Source: Zygnema circumcarinatum SAG 698-1b
Lineage: Eukaryota > Plantae > Zygnematophyceae
Assembly: GCA_037447605.1 (NCBI GenBank)
Contig: CM074811.1
Span: 2,604,001-2,668,000 of the forward strand
Length of the DNA: 64,000 bases
Direction of reading: 5' to 3'
Shown here in pieces: positions 1-12,160 of this stretch. A program made the translations under genes and the position numbers. The stretch's first letter is position 1. Each line of letters begins with the position of its first letter. The notes beneath the pieces were generated by a model. The model was given only the letters and a program-made list of their open reading frames with translations, had not been told where the DNA came from and did not search any database.

Positions 1-1246
1 TGAGCACGAGCAGACAGAGAAACCCAGACGGACGCATTTCGCAACGCCAACGCCAAAACGACCTAATTTTGGTATGGTACGACCGTACGACCGATCGTTA
101 ATTGTTCGAAACGAGTGGGTATAATATATATAATAAAGTCTTTTACTTTATAATATATTACTACTTTTAAACCCGTTGTAGAGTATATAATATATTCGGA
201 ATTTATGACGCGGGCCATCCCTACTGACAACAATGTAAAAAGAGGCAGAGTGGGCCTCCTAACCTTGTAAACACGAACAGGTGAACAGTCCGTACGTATC
301 TGTGAAAGTCAAAATTTGACCAAAGTTGAGATTGGCTCTGAGGGGAGTGTCATCTGCCGACATGTACGGTCAACGTTTTTCAGATTCGAATCTCCATCTT
401 CGCTACCAGTCCCCAATTGAACCGTCAGAGGACTTCTTTGTGTACGGAATAACTTGGCGTCTTGTGTTAAAACGACAAACTCCGGAAATCCATGATGTCG
501 TGGCCGATACCGCATCCCGGGAAATCGGGCGCGGGCTGTTGGCCACCAGCTGGTCATGGGACACGTGGCGAAGGATACGCGCGCCACGCCACCTGGCGGG
601 TTGGCCTGCCTTGACCGCACAGCTGCGCAGAGGGCCGAGTGGGGTGCGAACGTACGGACAAACGAAACATCATAGTGAAAGGCCACAAGACGACAAGAAG
701 GAGGGTGGTAGCTTAATTACACCAGGGCTGAAAGACTTACTAGCGGGTAACCAGAAATGTGTGGCTACGTGGTTAACGATGTACGCGCCTTTTAGTGCTG
801 AAATAAGTCTGACTAAGATAGTCAGTCGGCGTTATTCACTTGGGCCCTTGTAAATTCCTCCTCAACGGTCAGTTTGCCATTCGTCAACCGGTTGAGGGGT
901 TCGGTTGAAGCTCGGGAGTTGGAAACCGAGGCGGAGAGTTTTTCCAATCCCCGAAACCAAGTTTTTTGAACTTCCTTAACAGGTACGACTTCAACTGTCC
1001 GCACTTGCGAGACGGTTCAAAGCCGGAGGGCCGCCGAGTTTTGCAGAAGCTAGCTAACGAGAAAGCGCCACGTGGATTCCACGTGGCACCACGCGGTCAA
1101 CGAACGCTGGAGTATTCGAGGCTGCCCGAAAAATATTTGGCCTGCCCGAGATGTTCGGGCGGTCTACTGTGCCACCTGTCGCCGTTCAGTTGGTGATTCC
1201 AATTTTTCGACTCGGGTACGAAAGACACCCGGATTTGGAGATGCGG

Positions 1247-1341
1247 ACTTTGCGCATGTAATATTGCACATGCGGTGATGGACCTCCCCCGTGTCCAAGC
1301 GTCCTTGAATCACCGCAGGTGCAATATTACATGCGCAAAGT
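1247..1341. repeat. Hairpin: 33-bp inverted repeat (1 mismatch) with 29-nt loop
   Basis: 1247-1279 ACTTTGCGCATGTAATATTGCACATGCGGTGAT is the reverse complement of 1309-1341 apart from one base. Confidence 0.9.
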
Positions 1342-1541
1342 TCAACCAAGTCAGCAAAACTTCAAGAAGTTGAATTTAGTGGGACCACGATTACGCGGCC
1401 TGTGTTTAAAATAACGAATTTGCCCCCCCCTGTGCCAATTAGGGGCCGAGTGGCCATCATCTGAGTCATCTTCAGACATCGTCTTTGGGTGGGAAGGCCA
1501 TCATACCCATCATGAGGAGGGGGGGGGGGGGGGGGGGGGGG

Positions 1542-1551
1542 NNNNNNNNNN
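1542..1551. other. Assembly gap (N run) flanked by poly-G; similar gaps at ~12098-12107 and ~16799-16807
   Basis: N characters between G homopolymers. Confidence 0.95.
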
Positions 1552-1582
1552 GGGGGGGGGGGGGGCTGGGCGGCCCAATTGG

Positions 1583-4500
1583 TCATCTCTCGACCACAAT
1601 CACCGGCGACGAAGAAGAGTCTAGCAGTTGGTGCTGGGCGCTGCCCAGACTGTCTCGGATGGAAAAGCCTTCCATCTCCATGGCCTCCTTCAACTCCCTC
1701 AAAACGTCACTCATGCAGGGCCGGTTCTGCCCTGCCGGTTCTACACATAATATACCTATTTCAGCCACTTTCCACATGGCATCCAGGGAGTACTGATGTG
1801 CCTCGAGTGTGGGGTCCAGCACAGCTTGCAGGTTTCCCTGCTGCAGGTTCGGCCGCACCTGCATCCACTCCCCCCACTCAGCCCGTAAGGACCACAATTG
1901 GGCATCCAAAGAGCAGGTAGAGGGAAGAGGGCGTGAAGCAAGAGGGTTTTTTAGGGTTTTTAGGAAGTGAGGTAGGTAACGAATGGGAGAAGTGGAGCTT
2001 GGGTCAGAGGCAGAGATTGAGGGGTTGGTAAGAGCGCAGAGGGGGTCTGCAGTGGAGCAGAAAAGCAGAGAGACTCACCCACTCCACCAGACTCCACTCC
2101 GGCCGTGCGCGGTTCAGGTTGATGGGCTCACGCCCGCAAATGAGTTCGAGGAGAACTACTCCAAAACTGTACACATCGCTGCGGTCTGTGAGCTGTTGGA
2201 TCGTATAGTACCTGTCAGAGAGAGCACAAAGGCAGCACCGTGAGAAATCTTGAAATACTTTAGAATTTGGTCAAAAGGTCAACAAGGGGGGGTAGAAGGG
2301 GCAGGCAGGAAGACGACAGCCGAAGGTGAGACTAACCCAATGCATAGTCAGCCGGTTCACACATGCAAGCAACACAAAAGCAAGTGAGACGGCCTTCATC
2401 TTATATACAGACTGAATATACATTTGCCCGCCAAAGTAAGGTTGAAGTGTGACTCACTCAGGATCAAGGTACCCTGCCGTTCCCTTCACCATGGTTGATA
2501 CGTGACTCTCACCACCCTCCGGACCCAGCTTCGAAAGCCCAAAATCTGCCACTTTGGCCTCATAATTTTCATCTAATAAAATATTGCTAGTTTTAATGTC
2601 TCGGTGGATAATGCAGGGATTACTCCCTGTGTGCAAATATTCGATACCTGCCCCACCCAGCACAGCCTAATCACCTCAGCTTTCCGACAGCAGTCACCCA
2701 TCCTCTCTGCTGGAAGTCTATCCCCAATAAACGACACCCCCTCAAAATTCCTAAGAAAGTAGTGAACTATCAAAACGTCACATGCCCGCAGGACCTTTAT
2801 CATTTTTCCCAAAATTGGCAATCTTGATTGAGTTCACTGCCCGCGTCCCTGCCTGCTGATCAAACAAAATTTGCCAAATTTGGCCACCAAAATAGATTCA
2901 AGACAACTTTCACCAAGAATGTTACTTTGATGGTAACTTCCGTTCCTACTAGTCAATGGGGAGGAGACCGACCTTTCGCGGCTCCTACTGCTATTGAAAG
3001 GCGCCGCTGCCACTCAAGTTTCCCCATCGGCTTCCCGCTCATATCTGCGAGAAGAAACGCGAAGCTAATTGACTTTTAAGGTTCCTTGGAGAAAGCTCAT
3101 GATCCCGTTTAAGTGCCTCTAAGTGGAATGATGTCAAAGAGGACAAGGCTGGAGGCATGAATAACTTGCTATCTATATGAAGAAGGGAATTTAGAAACTT
3201 TAAGTTCTTCCAGGCATGGAGATCAGGGGTTCCTTTAGAACAAAACATCCACTTTTCTCCTTTACTTTTCTCCACTTTTCTCCCGCGACATTCTCCCAAG
3301 TATGCACAATTATAAGTTCCATATCGAGATCAATGTAAATAGTCTCTCTCGAGTATAAGAATTTCAGAATCCCTACAATTCTGTAGTGGTCATGATAACC
3401 GGACCACTCACCGTAAAGATGATCCCTCACTGTGCCATTTGGCATATATTCATAAACAAGGATCTGCTGCCCTCCATCATTACAAAATCCAATAAGGCTG
3501 ACCAGGTGGCGATGATGAACTCGTGAGAGCAGTTCCACCTGAACATAGAAACAGAGCTTTAATTCGCCAAGTTTAGGAGACGGAAAACCCATCAGAAAAA
3601 AAACTAACAAGCGCTAAAATGACTTTTTCCAAGCGACAAATTATCAAAAGAACAAATACTTGACTTTGCGAAATGCTTCGCCATCAGCTCAAAGACCTCA
3701 CCTCATTGTAAAACTCCTTGTGCCCTTGCAAAGAGGTTCCTATTCGCTTTTTCACTGCCACCACTTTGCCTCCTACCAAAATCCCCTTAAACACAATTCC
3801 AAACCCCCCCACTCCAATCTGATTTGACAAACTGAACCCCCCCGTCGCATCCCTCAGCTCGTCCAACGTGAATTGCCGAGATCCACTGACACGTGGCACC
3901 ACTGCAGAAGCTGGAAATCCCACCAGTGGTTTCAGCAAACCTCCACCTACAAAGCAGTAAAACTGGGTTCAGCTCAACAAGCATAGCTTCCATTCTTCTT
4001 GCGCTCTGCTGGCATTGCAATCAAAATATTATTGCATGCATTCCTCTCGAGCTTATTGAGTGGAGTTCAGTTTCAGCTCGTGTAGGCTGTAGTTGCATCT
4101 TTCACTAAGGGGCAACGCTTCCTAGCTATGATAACAGGGTTCTCGCATTCAAAGGCGATGTCCCTACCTTGGTTTACAAGGATCACCCTCTATAAGGTGC
4201 AACCATTCCTACTTCTAATAAACGAGCATCTCTCAGGACGGAGAGGAGTGCTTCCTAACTTTCGAAACAAGATCTCTCATAAGGGGCAACGCTTCCCAGC
4301 TCTGATAACAAGGACCTCTCGTTAAGGGGCATATGCTTCCTATCTCTGACATCAAACATCCTACTAAGGAAATAATTCCTACCTTTCATTGCAAGGCTAA
4401 TAATGCTTCCTACCTTCAGTAATAAGCATCTCTCGTTTAGGGACAATGCCTCATACCTTCAAAAACAAGTCCCGGCGGCGATAATCCCGCTATCCCTGAT

Positions 4501-7500
4501 TCAACGGTCCCCCCTCGCCTTACTCTCAGCAGGCAGAGCACTACCACCATCACTATGGCGAGGGCAACAATGACCCCCGAAGCGACCACCCCTGCAACAA
4601 GTCCTGGACTAGTAGTGAACAGTCCACCGCTGGGAGGAGGAGAGGGAGGGGGGCTCCCTCCTTCAGGTCCGGCGAAAGGAGGTGAGGGAGCTGATTGTGG
4701 AATGGGAGAAGAGAAGGGGTCGGGAGGGGGAGGGAACTGTTCACAGGTTGGGAGGCCGTACACTCCATAATATGTGCATAGACCTTGATTCGCAGATAAG
4801 CTGTTCAGAGAGACGAAGTTACAATTGGTAAGGGGACAGGGAAAGTCATCAAAATAGACCCACAAACGTGGGATGAGCTGGTTTGTGCACATTAACCGTA
4901 CAAGTTGACTAACATAACTCAGAAAGTTAGGCACGAAACCATGCTGGGGATTTTCACGAAATCTGCTAAAAGGAGGTGTTGCTCATCATTGAGTATCACG
5001 GTCAAACCTCCGTCAAAGCAAGGTTTGATCCTTTACTCACTTGACAGTTTTCGGGGTAAAGTTGGTTTCGTTAAGGGGAAATGCGCCGCTTAGCAAGTTA
5101 CTGGACAAATCTCTGCAGCTCCAAATCAAAGAGAGACTTTATGTGATGATTCAGTTGTGGCTACACCATCTCAGACGCTGACAGGAAGCTACATCAAACA
5201 AAAGGTGAAGGTGAAGTTAAGGTGAAGTTAAGGTGAAGTTAAGGTGAAGTTAAGTAGGACGAAAAGTATGAAGGAACGATTTAACTTCGAATGAAGTCTG
5301 TTTATATCGAGTGCATGTTAAAGTTCCACAGACTTACATGTCTTTAAGACGTAAGAGGTTTTGAAGTGATGAAGGCACCGACCCATTCAGTTCATTGCTC
5401 TGAAGATGCCTGAAAACCCCGACTTCCCCCGTAGGTTTAGCCAAAACAAACTCGTATCTTCATGAGTCAGCCAGGAAAATGGGATACAACAAAAAAATTA
5501 ACAAGTACTTTCTGGCATGTCCAGAATCCATATTTCCCTTCACCGAAAGCATTTGTCATTAGCATTCTGTATGCCTACAGATAACAATGGGAGAGGTTGC
5601 ATTCTGTATATCCGCAACAATCCTGAGCCTCCTCTCATGCAATGGCTTCATTTTCTTACAGTCTTCAGGACCCTACCGTGACCCCTCCAGATGGCCCTGA
5701 TTTTTTCTTTTTTTTCTTTAACATGCAGCAGGTTATCAGTCAGAAAGCTAAAATTTGACTCCGCATTGACTCATGCATCCTTTCAGGGACAAAACTAACT
5801 GAGGTGGAAACCAGTAAAAGGTGATGTAAAAAGGGTAAGGTCACACTCACAGAACTTCAAGAACTTCCAAATCTCCAAGGGAATCCGGAATTGGTCCTTC
5901 AAGTCCGTTGTAGCTTAGATCACTGCCCTCACAGGTAAAACCACAAACTGTGAACAGTGGATCCCATTTGGTACAAGTGATTCCATCAATTTCATCTGCC
6001 CAAGGTCTGAATAGTCTATTGGAGCATAAAAGTGATCTGCTCCATTTTCGGTTTTACTCTGACCCATCAACTGCTCATTGTGCGTTCACAGCAAAACCAT
6101 CAAACTTTCCATCATATCCTCCAGCTTCATTGAACCCGTATGCATTCTAGAGATGTCGTAACATTCCGAGAAGTCAACAGCAGAAGGAATCAGATTTTTG
6201 TTGGGTTGAGAGAAGTGAGAGATTGGCAGCTTACAGGATTTGCAGTGAGCTGATGTTGGCAAGAAACGGTGATATAGTCCCAGTCAATCCTGATGAGCTC
6301 ACATTTCTGCCGCCAACATACATAAACAAAGTAGTCACTAAGAGTGATCGAGAGCATCAATGGATGAAGGAGAAAACCTCCAGAATCCAAATGAGAACGA
6401 CTATCTGGACAGAAACTTTCTCAGCTTTCCCAGAAGAAGAAGAAGAAGAAGAAGAAGAAGAAGAAGAAGCTTACATGGCAGTCACTTTCGTGAGAAACGG
6501 AGTGCTACTTTGGCAAGTGACCCCAAACCATTCAATAGGCGAACATGGGTCCCCAACCCAATCGCTCAGAAGAGAGCCATCGGAAAGAGCATCTCGGAAA
6601 GCCTGCATGGCCAAAACTGCAAAAAGAGCGACCCCTCCACACAACCAAAGAAGGAAATAATGAGCAAATGCACATACCAAGAAATGCAGCTGTTGAAAAG
6701 TTAAATGCACACTCTAGCTAGATGAAGTGGACAGTGCTACTGCTTCAAGTTTTATTCCTCCAATTTGATCCCCCATACCTTCCAGTGGGTCGGTGGGAAT
6801 TGGCCCAGGTTGAACCTTCAGAAGCTCGAACCCATTAACCATTGGCATAAGAAGGGAGTCTGGAAGGGGTCTAAACTCCACATAGAGATCAGCTTGATCT
6901 CGATGAAGGATCGGATAAGTCATCATCACAGATCTGAAGGGGCCATCTGCGATGGAAACTATATCAATGTTGGGTTCCACACTCGCATTGTTGATGTAAA
7001 GGCCAAACATACGGTCATATGCCATGATATTCCGACCGGCTATTTCGGCAAAGTAGAAAAAAGCCTGTCAAGCCAACGAAAGACCACCATTAAGAATCAG
7101 ATTCTTGCTTCCTTACTGTACTTCTGCATCAAAGTGAGAGAAACATTATGGATGTGTACCTTTCCATTACTGTAAGGTTTCAAACGAGTCAACTCACTGC
7201 AACATTAGAATACCTGATAATCGCCATGTTCTAAGTCCAGAAAGATGTATCCTTTAATATCACTTGTGTTTGGAAACAACCGCGCAGACTGTAGCACAAA
7301 TTGTGGTACATAGTTAGGCGAAGTCATGGCTCCGGTGATGTTTTTGGTGGTATTGAGTGGAGGAGGGAGATCTGTCGGAGGGCTAACAAAGTAGTCTGTG
7401 CCGTAACGGATTGTCTGTTGGTCGTCGTTTATATCCGCAAACCATATCCTATCCAAAGGGTCTTCAGGATATCTGCAAGAAACAAAAACTTCTTAACAAA

Positions 7501-10500
7501 CCTTAATAAAAAACAGAAAAAGGGGGGATTAAAACCTCAAAAACAGTCAACTATTAACCTGATTTACACACCAAACGCACATGCAGATGCACCTCACGCA
7601 GTATGACCCCCCATTGCGATATTGACATTACTTACCTAAATTTTCCAACAGTGATATCCTCCCCACAAGCGAAGCGGAATTTGCCCACGAGAGCGGTGGT
7701 ATTGGTGTAGCCAAACGTGGTAGAAACGCCATAGGACTCACTTGGCAAAGGGCGAATCTCAATTCCATTTATTATGGGGTTTCGAAAGATTCGCAAGAGA
7801 CAGATCAGTATGTATGGAGTTTCAACGTCTAAGATGTATTCTGGTGAAAGGATGTTTCCCGTGTTCAAACGAATGGTCCCGCTGCCACCCTCATCAGCAC
7901 TCCCATCAGCACATCAGATACATACAGCAGCCACTTCTCTATGAAAGATTCCAATGCAATCTCCAGCCAAACTTGATTTCGCTCCCACACTAATGATATA
8001 AAAGCGTTTTAGCAGCCAATGATTGCTCAGCACGGCCTATGCATGAAAAGTAATCGACAATGCAGAACTATCTTTCGCTTGAACACGTTGCAATCGTCGA
8101 GTTTAAGTCTATGAATGGTCTACAAGAGCTCGCAGTTTGCCAATTACCATGCGGTTGTTCCAACAGATACATTAAAAATGGGGGCCGAACCCTGCCCGTC
8201 ATAATTATTGTAGTAAAACGTTAGCCGAACCAGATACCTTCCTGCACTTCCCAAACCGCTCAATTGCATGTCAAGATGACCTCTCTCATACAACACACCC
8301 GACAACATACACATCGCCAGCTCCACGGCGAAGAATCAATACCCAAGAATCACAAGAATCATACCCGGCTTTGTAACACTGATGTTGTAACAGTTTCTCC
8401 GTCCGTTTTCCTCTTTGAAGTATCGCAAGGTAAGTTGCATCTTTACAGCAGGGACTCCCAGAGGCAGATTATATATTAAAGTAGGATAGCCTCCTGAAAA
8501 GAACCGGTCTGTTGTCCAAGTAAGAGTGCCATTTTGATACGGTAACCCGGTGTAACCGCAGTCGATGTTAATGAAATCTGCATTTATATTCACCGTGCCC
8601 ATAGGTCAGATACTTGATGTTCCAGCAGATAAAAACGGAGAAAGGCAGAATGGCAGTTTCATCATAAAAAGATAGCAGACAGAACTTGTAAAGTGTTCAA
8701 TTAGTTTTACTTCAATTGTGGAGCTGCCCTCCCATTTCCATGACATTCACAATTGATTGTATGTCCAACTTGCTGTTTCGAGCATCAAAACGTAACATGA
8801 TAATCAAACCGTCGACCGTGCAGGAGGAACCCCTATGCAGAAATGGCAGGTGAGGCAAGAAAGTCTAGTCTCGCATGCATCAGCTGACAGAACGTATATG
8901 GTAGTCCATTCAGTAGCAACGATGAGTGGGGCATAACACTTAGCAGAAAGCATGGTGAAAAAAGGAGCACAGAAAAGAGCACAGAAAAGCTCTCACTTGC
9001 ATAAACGGACAGGATTCTGTTTTGCCAAGAAGCCAATCCATGTCAGCATGCAGCAGTGAAGGGTGTTTCCAGAGACCTGAAGGAAAACTGCACGCATTCT
9101 TCCAAACAATGGAAACTTATTCTAGAACCGAGGACTGTGGAAATGACTGAACAGGTTGAGCTGCCGTTGATCATGCGACGTCAATCCATGGTTTTACATG
9201 CTGGCTAATTGGCATTCTCGCTTTTACACATACCAACTTTCTTAAAAAACGTCAAAATGAGCAAGCTAACCAATGAGCAGCATTCCCTCTTTCGCAAAAG
9301 ATGCAATGCAGCCTGGTGTGGATGCTGCTAAATGTGCACATTCTCGCATGTTGCACAATTGAAAATTATAGCTTCTATAGTCTGATCAACGTATCCAGGG
9401 GTTGCTGCTCGTGCTTTCCCCTGAAGATCGTCCAGGATAGCCTTTCTCCCACATCATTTATCATTCAACAACAAGGCCAGCTGCTTTCACTGTCTTGCGC
9501 TACCCCAGCTCACGCAAAAAAGACTGACTTGCAGTAAAACCATTTTCTCCTCCCAAGACAGACCCATGCACTGTGCTGCCTGCAGCCCCCCCTGCATGCT
9601 GCCTCTCTGTAACCCACTATGGCCAGTATAATCCCCAGTTCCAGTTCCTAACTGTGCCCTTTTCCATTCCTATGGACAGCGTGGATGACATGGTCCCAAT
9701 TCCCGACTGCGCCTGTTCTGCTTGCGATTACCAACAATCAGTGGTCTGTGTACCCTAAAAGCAGCAAGCACGGTGTAGGCCTCCGGGATATCGTGGGCCT
9801 TCTAAGCTCACGATAAAAACATAAACGACATACGCTTCAGCAAAATATATCATATCCGACTATTCTACACTTCTTAACTTTCACACCTACGCAGCATGAA
9901 TATTACCATGCAGCCTGAGCATTCCCTCTCCATGCCGTCTACCTCCGACTATGTACAGCACTTATGCCCTCCGACAGGTTACATGACGAACATTATAACA
10001 CTTTGCGGCTTCTCCTGAGACCTCTTTAGCCAAAGGGCTTAAGGAATTTGTTGGAAGCATTCTCCCACTGTCTGCATAGGTGCCTGCAGTTCTTGTACTC
10101 TAAGTTCCATTCCTGTTACCTTCACACTATGTCCCTTATCCCATCAATCAAGGCCGCAAAAGAAAAAAGACCGCCTCCATTTTGCCTTCCACTTTCAACG
10201 TACTTCAAAGGCTTTGCCGGAAAATGAAACTTCATTCTACGGAACTTCCTGGTCGCTTTAACTCAGTCAAATTCACGACTACAACTTGCCTTTCACAGAG
10301 CTGCAAGCTTTCTGCCTATGAAACGAATTTACAATCATTCCCTATGCTACATGAAGTCTACTCGAGTTCAGCCCTTGCCTGGCTAGTGTCCATTAGCCAT
10401 AAAGACGAGAAAAGAAACAAGTCTCCCATTTTATAGTTGTTTTAGGACGTCATAGATGAATAAACCATGCCTGGTTCGGACGTGCCCACTGGATTTCCGT

Positions 10501-11075
10501 CGAGTAGGAAACGCTAAAATTCAATGGGCAATCCAATTTAACCCCAAAGCATGAGCGTATGCTATGCGTCCGTCAAAGCTAATCTTACGAACTGCTCTAG
10601 TATCTTCCTAGAAGTACAGAGCAAAGCTGAACAGCCGAAAATGAAAATGTTCGCAAGGATATCCATGTAACGACGCCAAGGCTACACACATCACCGACGG
10701 CATTGGTGGCCATCAGGTGACAAAAAAGTAGGGAAAGAAGGCAAAAATTGACAGATTTGCTGAACAGGTTGATATGATTTCTCTAACTTGCAAAATGTTT
10801 GCCAGCAAGCAGCACAGGGATTGGAAAAATACCAAGCAGCAGGTGGAGGTCACTGCAACATTTCAAGGCTGACGAAAGATTAAAGTGACAGGGTCGGCTA
10901 AACGAAGGGGGCTACGATCCGCTAGTGGTTTGTGCTGTGATAAAGGGAGTGAAAAGCCTCCTGCCAAGAGGCTGAAGCTGGCTGACTCACCGGGCGAGAG
11001 CGACGTGCTTCCTGCCACTCCCGGCAAAGCTAGCACAACAAAGAGAAGGAGCCCTGCGAAGTACTCGGTTCTCAT
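1583..11075 (-). CDS. Malectin-like domain + GDPC + 3 LRR + TM + Ser/Thr kinase receptor-like kinase (SYMRK/LRR-I-type architecture), ~17 exons
   Basis: Signal-peptide exon 11075-10991 ([23 protein letters not shown]). Malectin-like exons 8577-8365 (DFINIDCG...LRYF...CYNI), ~8242-8147, ~7890-7636 (IINGIEIRP), ~7470-7213, ~7060-6777 (VNGFELLKV). Cap exon ~6630-6475 ([16 protein letters not shown]). LRR exons ~6306-6237, ~5920-5853, ~5113-5038. Pro-rich linker/TM exon 4800-4457. Kinase exons ~3902-3700 ([15 protein letters not shown]), ~3540-3412, ~3047-2968, ~2647-2457 ([19 protein letters not shown]), ~2212-2077 (SDVYSFG), ~1860-1583 (stop TGA). Junctions checked are GT-AG and in phase. Confidence 0.92.
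4107..4460. repeat. Degenerate ~42-bp intronic minisatellite, ~9 units
   Basis: Recurring unit resembling AAGGGGCAACGCTTCCTAGCTCTGATAACAAGCATCTCTC, clearest at 4107, ~4281 and ~4324. It lies in the intron between the TM exon and the first kinase exon. Confidence 0.75.
5208..5251. repeat. Perfect 11-bp tandem repeat (AAGGTGAAGTT)x4, intronic
   Basis: Directly visible. Confidence 0.95.
6433..6468. repeat. (GAA)12 microsatellite, intronic
   Basis: Directly visible. It starts just after the splice donor of the cap exon on the minus strand. Confidence 0.95.
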
Positions 11076-11520
11076 GCACAGCGGGCAGCATGCAAGGCGG
11101 CGCCGCGGCCTACACGCGGTCCCTCCGCAACTGTCCCGCCCTCTATCAAAAACCTCTAACTCCTCGCAGGAGGCGTCAGAACCCTCGCCCATTCCTCCGC
11201 CACAGCTGCCGCCCTAACGTCTGTCCTACTCGCAGGCATATGTGGAAAGCCCGACGACGGCAACCCTCCGCTTAAAGGTACGCCCTCCTCCTGTTGGCCT
11301 ATCTACCATCCCCCCTCCCACCCTATCTTCTCATGCAGGCCTCGTCCATATCACAGTTGCGACACCGCATGCTGCCGCCAAAGCTTGGCTTCCTCTCAAC
11401 CACTGTCAACGCCGCTTTCGACCCATTCCCTCCTTCCCCGCTCCTGTCCCCTGTCAACGCCTTTCTCTCCCCGTCCTCCTCTCCCTCCTTCTCCAGCCTC
11501 TACCCGCCGCCCTGCCCTGC

Positions 11521-11562
11521 AAACCCTAACCCTAACCTTGCAAGCTTGCCACGAAACCCTAA
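11521..11562. promoter_or_regulatory. Telo-box motifs (AAACCCTAA x2 plus CCCTAA) upstream of the RLK
   Basis: AAACCCTAA at 11521 and 11554, ~450 bp upstream of the RLK ATG. Function is inferred from plant telo-box literature only. Confidence 0.45.
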
Positions 11563-12160
11563 TCCGGACCCCTCCCTGCCCTCTCTCGCTCTCTCTCTCT
11601 CTCCCTCTCTGGTCGGCTCCGCTCCGCGCCTCTCCCGCATGGGGCAGCAGAAAACGGTTCCATGCGATGGATGCCACCCATGGATGGATGGATGGATGTG
11701 TCCTCGCGCGTCATGTCGCGTCATATCCCGTCATGTCACGTCACGTGGCGTACGGCCTGTGCGGGACCGCCCCCCCATCCGGGCGGGTCCAGATCCGCCG
11801 CCGCCTCCGCTAAAGGTCAAAACTGCGCCCCCGGCCAACCACCGCCCGCCACGTCCGCGCCGCGCCGGCCCGCTCGGCAACTACCGCATTCGTACGGTCG
11901 TACGGAGGAGACGTGCGCGCTGGCTCGGCCAGAGGGCGCCTCCCTATGGCTCCGTACGGTCGTACGGCACACCCGAGCGCGCCTGTGGCCGGCCGCCCGC
12001 CGCCGTACGGCGCGGATCGCGCGCGCTGGAGCCGGATCCAGATCTGCCACCGCCTCGCGCCCGCCGCCGCCCGGGGGGGGGGGGGGGGGGGGGGGGGNNN
12101 NNNNNNNGGGGGGGGGGGGGGGGAGGGGAGGGGCCCAGGCAGGCGGCGGGCCGGGCCCAG

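Noticed and set aside
326-853. 175-aa ORF and overlapping ORFs at the window start
   Set aside because: No recognisable motif or splice context, and ORFs on both strands are equally uninformative. Likely chance ORFs in intergenic or TE-derived DNA.
1519-1565. Poly-G/N/poly-G blocks (also ~12073-12123 and ~16783-16824) as G-quadruplex elements or poly-Pro/Gly coding
   Set aside because: Scaffold gaps at homopolymers. True length and content are unknown.
1362-1586. NTGRVIVVPLNST resembles a PemK/MazF toxin motif
   Set aside because: Only ~13 residues followed by a stop, no upstream RP.LV motif, and the ORF runs through an assembly gap.
4107-4460. Spaced repeats as a CRISPR array
   Set aside because: Units are contiguous and degenerate with no unique spacers, there are no cas genes, and the context is a eukaryotic intron.
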